This document shows, in pieces, positions 38,554 to 47,823 of a stretch of DNA of 64,000 bases. Made by a program: the position numbers and the translations under genes. This stretch comes from Catajapyx aquilonaris (lineage: Eukaryota). Where the stretch lies: assembly GCA_000934665.2 (NCBI GenBank), contig JYFJ02000949.1, forward strand, positions 1 to 64,000. The letters are read 5' to 3'. Positions within the stretch are counted from its first letter, which is position 1, and each line of letters begins with the position of its first letter. The notes beneath the pieces were generated by a model. That model had not been told where the DNA came from, ran no database searches, and saw only the letters and a list, made by a program, of their open reading frames with translations.

Positions 38554-40345
38554 AGAAGAACCATTACAAATGTTTAAAAAATAAAATAAAAAAGCGGCCG
38601 TATCGTCACTTCCTATAAAAATGCCGGGCAAGACGTGGTTCTCCCAGGCAAATGAGAATATTCTTCTTCAGCTGCTACTTACCTCAGCACCGCCGTCCCC
38701 GACAACGAACTCAGGGCAGCACACATCACACCGACAAAGAACCCAAGGAAGAGCAGCATGTGTCACATGGGGTACTACAAACCCCAGGTTGTACTTAAAC
38801 CAGTGACTTTTTTTTCTGCCAGGAGCAGAGAGACAGACCTCAGAACATAATATTGTCGCGTTAAATTTTGTCGCCTCCGACATTATTGTCTTCAGTGTTT
38901 ATTGTTAGTGCTCCAAAAACCGAGGGGGCTGGTACCCAACTTATATGGTGCAACATGTGTCTTTTGTTGTGTTTTATCAGAGTGCAAGTTTGGCAGGACA
39001 GTGAGTTTAAAATCACGATTATTTAAGCTGAATGTATATCTCCCACCTCCACAAAAAAAAATATATATGGAAAAGGAACAGAGTGCCTTCGAGCAACATT
39101 CCAACAATGTCGTATCCAAACCAGTAAGAAAAGGGTCGACAATAGTGTGTGCAAATTGGGAGGAAAACTGAGCTGAGTAACATCCGCAAGAATTTGCAAA
39201 ACTGGGGGACATGGTGACAATGGAGGGTTAGCAAAAAAAGTTTAAAGAAAAGAGCCTTCTCTTAGGGCCACTTTTTTTTTCTTCTTTCCCCACATTTTCT
39301 TGGAGCTGCTCTAATTGTGCAAGAAGAGCTTTTTTCATATGGCCTCCAGCCATGTTCTTTTCGTGGGGCGGAAAATCACGTGACGTTTTTCCAACCCTCC
39401 TCCATTCAAACCCAGGCTATTATAACAACTCTCGGTTGGGAAAAGGATTAGTCTTTTATCAGCACCTGCCAGACGTCGACACGCCCAGTGTGCACACTCC
39501 CTAATATTTTTTTTTTAAATGAATGGTATACCATGGTATACCATTCATTTAAAAAAAAAAAATTAGGGAGCTGTATGTGCCACCCTAGAAAATGACCCGT
39601 GCACAGTACTATCGGAGACAAGTTGTCGGGGAAAATGACCAGATTTATCAGTAACTAGGTAACTGTTAACAAGGTAAATCCTTTGCCAAAACTGGCTACA
39701 CTGCCCCCCAACCCCAGACTGTTGACGTAGTACCATTTGCCACATACAGATGGCGCACGTACTGATGACTCGCCGCGGACAGTCACATACCCACGCCAAT
39801 TCTCTAGTATGCTAAATCCGACACTACGTTTCCGATAGTACTTGGGCTATGATTGCGATAAGTAAGGAGTTTGTAAATATAAGTGTCCCATTTCTTTATT
39901 TTTTACATTTTTTTGTTTGTTTGTTTTTAATTTCATGTGGTAGGATTGCTTGGGCAGGTCCCTTGGTTCCTTTCACGCCATAAAATAAAATAAGGTGTGG
40001 TGTACATACCCTCTGATTGTGTATCATACACAATCAGAGGGTATGTACCTAAAAAAAAATATATAATTTCTAACCCTGAAATTGTTCGGAACAATTTCAG
40101 GTTTGGATTTTTTTTTGATGTCGCAGGCCATAATATTATTATCTAATTTAAAAAATGGTTTGCGTTTTGCATTTGTTTCGTGTGCACTGCATTGATTCGC
40201 ACTGTTTTTGTAAAGAAAAAGAAGTGCTTACAATTATTTTGAGCTCCATTTTTTTGGAAATTGTTTAGAGCGAGTATCATGTATCAAAAAAACGGAAAAA
40301 ATGTAAATGAGTATAATGTGACCTGCGCATAATTTTATTTCTCCC

Positions 40346-40557
40346 TGACTACATATGTGTGACATGAATTTTTGTCCCCTTCAAATGATGGTATTTGTGT
40401 TGGAATAGGTCACGTCCCATATCCATAGACCTTCATGGAAGTTATGTTGTTTACTCCAGCATCACAGCACGTTTTGGTGTTAAATAATCCGTCATTTTAT
40501 TCGCATTATCTCGCCTCATCCCGACTAAAAAAAATAATTCTGGCCCGCACTAATGGC
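40346..40557. repeat. ~210 bp segment duplicated at ~44405-44628
   Basis: Near-identical GAATTTTTGTCCCCTTCAAATGATGGTATTTGTGTTGGAATAGGTCACGTCCCATATCCAT.. in both places. Confidence 0.92.
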
Positions 40558-42379
40558 CATTAGCAAGAATCTTCATATTTATAGAGCGGCTGTGAACATT
40601 CTCCACATGTTTGGGGGGGGCTCGAACGCATAACATTTTTTTGGGGGGGAAAAAATGGGCCGGTAAATATCGTCGATTAGTCAAATTAGAGGCGGGAAAT
40701 TACCGCATCATTAACTATATGATTAATCGGGCCTGGCATCAACAAGGAAGAGTCACACATCAATATTCTTGTAGTACTAGGAGGATGCGAAAATGCACAA
40801 CGGTTGGCAGGTTGCCTAACGTGCAGGACGATCCCTATCATGTGTGTGTCAGTGTACAAAATTGTGTTCAACACTAATTTATTTCCAGATAGCTGTCCAA
40901 AAATTAGCTCATTATTTCGTACTTTTTGATATCAATTTTAATTTCGAAAAATTTATTGTTATTGTTATTGTAATTGCGATATATTTTACAAACTTGTTTG
41001 CGATTGTTGCGTCCCTCGGCAGCTCTTTACAATAATTTAAGCAGTTCATCAGGGCAGGACACAAAATAGCCTTGGACTTGAGTCTCTCTCCTTCTTTTTC
41101 TTTTTTTTAAACATTATATTGGGCGTCCCAATTAAGTTTGATGTATGACGCACATTGGAGAGTGTGACCTCCCTAGGTCCAGAATCAGGAAATCCTCTGC
41201 CTCTGCCCCTTCTGAACATTTACTGCACCCCCACCCAAAACGGGAGATAAACACAGCCCGAATGGCCATCCATCTTCAAGTTTAATATTGTTAATTAGAA
41301 GATTAATTAACTCGTAAACCGCTGAATTTAACGTCCCCAATAATAACCCCCGGTACCAATTTTGGGAGGATTTGTTCGCTCCAGCAACCAGTTTGAAAAG
41401 GGAAGCAACTTGGTTGCTGGGGGCGAACAATCTTGGGGGCAGAATGTTGAAGGTGAATAAACCCAACACAGTCTATTTAGTTTGTAGTGTGCGAAAAGAG
41501 GGGTGTTTACATCCGGAGTCTCTTCAGAAAAATTTGGCCTCGCCGTGAAAATATTTTGGGAAAAGGTCAGAGTCGTGGTCGCAAGTTGATGGCAACACTC
41601 TCTGGAAACAGAATTAGCTCCACATTCTATCTCTCGGTCTCTCTCTCTCTCTGAGCTATATAGAGAGAGAGGAGGAGGAAATGAGCATGAGATTCGTCAT
41701 ATATACTCTGTAAACCAGGATTTTACTCCGGCCTCACTTTCCGGTTCCATAGGATTTTTTTATTATTATTTGCGGGACACAGGACTGGCCATTTGGTCCA
41801 ACGGCCCGGGTCGGAAGCCACTAATTGAATTTGTCGCCAGCAACACCATCCATGCAATCATCTGCTGGACGGGTTCGCTTTACTTTCCGCCAGCAAAAGC
41901 TATTCATGTCATCCAGACAGCAGCAGCAGCAGGGTTTGCAATAATCGGGATGTTGCTTTAAAACATCCGAAGAAAACCAGGAAAATGATTTTATTTCTCC
42001 AACAATGGGGGTACACTTCGAAGTGAACTATTGCGGCATTGAGGTTAAATTTTATGCTTATAATTTAAGTTGCTGACACCATATAGGCCTACTGTTAGGC
42101 TACCTTTCTTTTATACTGCTGTTTTTTTTTTTTTGCAATTTAAACTTAATTATTGAGGACTTGTGCGGGGCACTACAGGGTTAAAAGCTTATTTGATGAA
42201 CTAATGAGCACTGGATGATTAGTTGATCCACAAATACCACTTAAGCATTGAAATTTTGATAATCCTAGATTTCAATTTGAAAGCTGATTCTTCTAGGTAT
42301 CGTGCTGGGTAGGACCATGTAACATTGAGACCATATACAATATAAATTTGTTTATTTCAGTTTTAAAATAACAGTCAGT

Positions 42380-43097
42380 TTAGTAGCCATAACCCTTGTA
42401 TTCAGGCTTCTCATATCCATATGCCGGCTTCTCGTATTTGGGCTGCTCGTACCCATAGGACTGCTTCTCTTCGTATTTGGGCTGCTCGTACCCATACGAC
42501 TGCTTCTCTTCGTACTTGGGCTGCTCGTACCCGTATGATGGTTTCTCGTACTTGGGCTGCTCGTACCCGTATGATGGTTTCTCGTACTTGGGCTGCTCGT
42601 ACCCGTATGATGGTTTCTCGTACTTGGGCTGCTCGTACCCGTATGATGGTTTCTCGTACTTGGGCTGCTCGTACCCGTATGATGGTTTCTCGTACTTGGG
42701 CTGCTCGTACCCGTATGATGGTTTCTCGTACTTGGGCNCTTGGGCTGCTCGTACCCGTAGGACTGCTTCTCTTCGTATTTGGGCTGCTCGTACCCGTAGG
42801 ACTGCTTCTCTTCGTATTTGGGCTGCTCGTACCCGTAGGACTGCTTCTCTTCGTATTTGGGCTGCTCGTAGCCGTAGGACGGCTTCTCTTCGTATTTGGG
42901 CTGCTCGTAGTCGTAGGATTGCTTCTCCTCGTAGCCATAGGACGTGGGAGCAGGAGTCATCTCGTAATATCTGGCGTACGAAGATGCCACCAGGGTCACG
43001 AAGAGGACGAGCAGCATCTGCGAAGGAAGCGTAATCACAGCAAACTATAATTACGAGCAACATACCAACAGCACACACTTACCTTATTGGCTACCAT
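42380..43097 (-). CDS. Secreted Tyr/Glu/Lys-rich tandem-repeat protein (2 exons; assembly N at 42738)
   Basis: Exon 1 43097-43083 (MVANK), GT-AG intron, exon 2 from 43017 MLLVLFVTLVASSYA (signal peptide), then 13-aa YEEKQSYGYEQPK and 12-aa YEKPSYGYEQPK repeats ending GYGY*; the frame break coincides with the N. Confidence 0.85.
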
Positions 43098-43183
43098 TGC
43101 GACTGTCGGATTCAACTCTCGTTTGTACTTAGCGGGATAAGCTACAAGAAAGCAAAGAGGATTGTGCGACACCAACTGCTTGC

Positions 43184-43190
43184 TTTTATA
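43184..43190 (-). promoter_or_regulatory. TATA box of the Tyr-rich gene
   Basis: TATAAAA(G) on minus strand ~90 bp upstream of ATG 43097. Confidence 0.6.
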
Positions 43191-43449
43191 CCCAACAGGG
43201 GTTGCTCCTATTGGACAAGCTATAGGACCATGTGACCAGGGAGCATATGTGACTTAGATTCAATGCGAAAAAAATAATAATAAAAATAATACTGAAGAGT
43301 GATGATAATAGCCACTTTTCATGTGGCGCTGGGGAATGCAGCAAGCCTGATCAAGTGTCAATAAGTAAGGAGCAGTCTGCTACATATAGTACAACCAGCT
43401 GCACACGGCTCGACAGGGAACTCCCAAGTTGATTATTTTCCCTGAGTAT

Positions 43450-44407
43450 CACCGAAGCGTGCGACTGACACGCCGTTTTACAACATCCTAGTGGGACTGG
43501 AGGAGACTGTCACACTGGTGCCTTGGCCTCAACAAGGCACCGGGACAGCTGAATATGGCCGCAGCTACACTGCCTCAGGCCCTCAGCCTGAAGCAGCTAA
43601 GTTCAGCCGACCAAGCTCCAGAGCAGAGCGGTGAGTACGGAGAGGAAAGCTTTTGAGTAGGTCTATAATTCCCCTTGCCCCAGTACAAAAAGAATTGCTT
43701 TTGATCACAGATGCGGCATGCAGACATAACTCGGTGTTTCATCAAGGAGAAACTGTTAAAGGATGCAGACTGTCAGATAGTGGCAACGATGGGTGACGTT
43801 GGCTTGCCCCCTCGGAAAGACAAGAATGGAGATACCCTGCCGAGCCAGCACCTGCAGTGCTTTGACGCCAACCTGTACCTTGAGATGAACAAGAGACAGC
43901 CCGCCCCGTCTGCAAGAAGCCTGCTCTCTTTGACAAGAGTGTCATTGATGGGTATACTCTTCCATGAGGTGTTGGCGTCCTCTGCACTGGTGTCCAACAA
44001 GATTCAGCTGCACGGGGATGGGAGTTGGTCTACCCCGATAAATCAGGGAGCACAGCACCAACTCAATATCAGACAGCCCTCCCCCTAAGGCAGAGTCATC
44101 CTCTTCAGCAGCACCCACCTCAACAGGGGGCTCAGCCGAGCAGAAAAAGAGGGCCATGGAGGTCATTCGTGGAACCTGTTCGGACAGTGAAGATGAAGAC
44201 ACAAATGACGGACCACCTCCAGCAAAGAGAACTGCCTTCTGGCTATCCTCAGCAGATCAGGTGAGGTGATTTGGGGCAGTGGTAATTCCACGAAATGTCT
44301 GGAGAAAAATCATGCTGTTATGTTCCCCTGTGACCAAATGTTTGTCTGGTTCATAGGCATATGGTCCTGTACTGGCTGAGGCAACAGCAGCACCATCAGC
44401 AGCATGA
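43450..44407 (+). pseudogene. PIAS/Su(var)2-10 SUMO E3 ligase pseudogene fragment with introns
   Basis: Across shifting frames: TPFYNIL, TAEYGRSY, LKQLSSAD, RHADITRCFIKEKLLKDADCQI, VTLACPLGKTRMEIPCRASTC, HLQCFDANLYLEMN, CPVCKK, VIDGY, FHEVL..IQLHGDGSWSTP, MEVI..SDSEDED..PPPAKR; at least four frameshifts. Confidence 0.88.
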
Positions 44408-44769
44408 GTATATATGTGTGATGTGAATTTTTGTCCCCTTCAAATGATGGTATTTGTGTTGGAATAGGTCACGTCCCATATCCATAAACCTTCATGGAAG
44501 TTATGTTGTTTACTCCAGCATCACAGGCACATTTTGGTGTTAATAATCCATCATTCTATTCGCATAATCTCATCTCATCCCGACTTTAAAAAAAAAAAAA
44601 AAAAAAAATCTGCCCGGACTAACGGCCAGGAAGTGTTATTGTTCCATTCAGGTCTACTTGTTCCCCTCGATAGGACTTTGCAACCATTCCTGAAAGGTGA
44701 AGATACTTGTAAGTTGTAATACCCTGCAACATACATAAACTACTCATGTGTATTTGTACTTACTATAGT

Positions 44770-45130
44770 ATCACTTCTGGGTGCGAGCCTGTGGTTGTTC
44801 ACCAGATCATGCATCAACCTAAGCCTATTGCCTTTCACATATGGGCTTTCACATACAACCCAAAAATCGACAATTAATCTGCAGAAATTCAATGACTGCA
44901 ACGAATCAATTTCAGATCCTGGCAGGCGCTGGAGGTGGCGGATTCATGCTTATTCTCACGAAGCGACCAAACGATATGTAGCGAGTGACAGAAGTCATGT
45001 CAGGCATTAGCGTATGTACCAGAGCTAGACAATCACGCCAGTAACTATCGGCATGTTCCGCAGGGTTCGGAGAAGGTTACATTCCACAGAGTGAAGATTG
45101 ACACTGATGGACTGACTGTAAAGGATGGAG
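44770..45130 (+). pseudogene. L-fucose kinase (FCSK/FUK-like, GHMP) C-terminal fragment
   Basis: SGCEPVVVHQIM, ILAGAGGGGFMLILTKRP, then after a GT-AG intron VTFHRVKIDTDGLTVK; in-frame TAG at 44979-44981; no N-terminal part nearby. Confidence 0.72.
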
Positions 45131-46228
45131 GAAAAAATCAATTCAAATATCCGGGTGTAATTAAGCAATATGGGGCAATTTTTTGTGAACATATTATTAT
45201 TGTTGTTACTGAATCTTGTTCTGCTCTGAAGCAATGACGACGAGGGAAACCAAGTGGAAGAGGTCATCAATCTAATGAACCAGCACGACCACTTGTGCAA
45301 TTATAGTGGTAAAATAGCTTCTGCAAAACACCAACTTCAATAGCAAATGTTCCAATTAGCCAGCGAAGCAAACATTTGAGATGGTGCATTGCTTCGTGAG
45401 AGTGAAAATCATTACTGAGCAATCTGCTAATTAATCCGGAAAATGCAATAATAATAATAATTAAACAAGGAACTTCATCAATTATGAGTATTAAAATTAA
45501 TTATCGAAATTTGGGTTCATGTGATCGGTCACCAACATTCCAGGCTTTCCATCAACCCTTGATGGAACTCTTACTTGGTTATGATTTGACCGTGGTTATG
45601 ATTAACCAGGCCATATTGGGGTCGGGTCAGAGGTCACGCCGATGGAGGGCAAGGCCTGAGACCTTTGTCCACGCCTGGAATGGAACGTCCTTGGTCACTT
45701 CCAATCAGAATATTAACGAGTTACACCATATCGGACGAGATCTGAATTTTTCCAGATGGGGGTTTTTGCTCTCGCGATATCTTGACCATTAATTAAGGGC
45801 AATTAAAAGGGGCAATAAAAATTCAGGTTCACGTGATCTATTTATTAGAACTCTGTCCATCTGTTAGAGATCACGGTCTAAGAATAGTAAGGTCTCTCCC
45901 CTCTGTCCTTCTCCCCCAGACTGTTCTGAACTGATAGGTAGAAGAGAGCTCTCTTCTACCTATATGTCTGGTAGGGGTAGCACAATGTCTGTAAATCCCT
46001 GAAATGCGCTATCAAGCGGCCACCTCCCGCAAAACACTCCGTCAGGCCCCCTAAGGGCCTAAGGCAATAAGAGGGGAAGTAAGTGTCCAGACCTTACTAT
46101 TGTAACACCGTGTTCGGGAGCAACCTGATGACGCTCTTGATACAGTTCGATTGTGGATGACAAAGCAGGGATTTAAATATGGGCAGAGCCCTGCACTTGA
46201 CCAACTCATCAGTCGGGGAGTCATTCCC

Positions 46229-47175
46229 TCACGTGACGTTGCCCACGGCACTTTGAGCAGGAATCACCAGAGAAGGCTCATCACACTCCAGGAGCTGCAC
46301 CAGGCGCCCCACAACACCCACGTTAACCACCTCCTGGCTTGTCTCATCGGTGCCGTTGACGACTATGTGGCAGAATGCCTGACAGGCATGCCCTGTAGAC
46401 AAGAGAGTCATTAGAAACGAATAAAAAGAAATCTATACTCTACACAAATGTCTAAACACCTGGGACATACCATGTACTTCCTTGTCATGATGGTAAACTA
46501 GCACCCAAAGTGGGGCAATCAACTCGCGAATGATCTGGAGGGGAAGGGGCTGGTTACTGTTGCTGCACAGGTTGACCATGGTCCTCGCTATATGGCGCAG
46601 TGAGGCAGTCTGCAAGAATGGAACTTAAAACAGGTGATCACAGCAAGGTACAGAATTTCCATTAGCGGTGTAATTATTGATGAGTGCGATGAGTGGCTGG
46701 ATGATGACAGGGCTGAGGACCACGTGTGCCGAGATGTTAGCAATCGCACGTACAGACTCCTCTGCAATCTCTGCATGACCCGCCAAGCTGAGAAGGGTGA
46801 CCAGGTGGGGAAAAGCACCTGCGTCCATCACTGCCTCGGCCAGATCTGTCCCCTGAGCTGCTATGTCCGCCACTGCCCCAGCTGCCTCTTTCTTGAGGAC
46901 AGGCCTGCAAACAATTACATTTGAAGGTACGAGCTTGGGAGAAAACCACTACTTACAATGTGTCACTTTTGGCCAAGAGCGTCACCAGTGCGGCCACTAA
47001 CCCACTGCCAATCAAAGTGTCTAAAAGTGGTTCCCCCTGCAGGAGGAGCATCTGCCTTGCCACCCGGGTGAAAGACAGCTGCTCGCTGGCATCTCCTCCT
47101 GGCTGGATACCCTGGATTCCCTCTACTATATGATCCGTCCCATCTGAACGGTCAGGTTCGAGGCCATGTCTGCCT
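46229..47175 (-). pseudogene. Divergent truncated importin-alpha (N-terminal ARM repeats only); pseudogene or derived paralog
   Basis: Four exons join in frame: DHIVEGIQ..EQLSFTRVARQML, EAAGAVADIAAQG..AVMDAGAFPHLVTLL, EESVRAIANI, LRHIARTMVNLC, HACQAFCHI..GVVGRLVQLL..AVGNVT*; no IBB domain or clear start found. Confidence 0.75.
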
Positions 47176-47823
47176 GGGGAGGATGATGCTGCTCAATCGG
47201 ACGCTACAAAAATTCGGGAATGAAAAACATTGAAGAATATAATAAAGAGATGCTTATGGGGCCATTACCGAATAAAATGTATGACAAGGAAGAACAATCC
47301 TTTCTTCGAACGAGGAAGAAACGTCGGTCTGGAGGGCTCGAAGCGTGAGTTTAGCCCAGGATCCAGGCTACAGGCTAACGTCTCTAGAATTTCTATATGC
47401 AGCAGTCGGGTCAAAGGTCAACTCCAGGAGAGGTCAGAACTTAAAATCCGTGACCACCCTTTCATTTCCAGCCAATCTGTCCATAACTCCATATTTCCAA
47501 CCCTGCATTACCGGCTTCGTTGTTTCCAACCTTGGGCCAGCGATCGTCACTTGTCAATAACGACCAACCGTCCGGTAGCGCCAGGATGTGACCAGCGGCC
47601 ACCCTTGGAAACACAATTCGAATTTGTCCGTTGGAATAATTTTCGAACGTTCATTTTCCTTTTTGACCTTCGAACTTATTATTCCAAGGAAACTGTTTGC
47701 CCGGTAAAAATCTTGCTCAGATTACGTGGGCGGAGGGAAGGGAAGCCAGTGGCCGTTGAGGAGATAGCAGGACAAGGCGCCTAAACCGTTGGGGAGCTGC
47801 AGCAGGATATAGAAGAAGAAGAG

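Noticed and set aside
42421..43050. Plus-strand repeat ORFs and a CRISPR-like periodic look
   Set aside because: Antisense frames of the Tyr-rich gene; repeats are contiguous with no unique spacers, no cas genes, and the DNA is eukaryotic.
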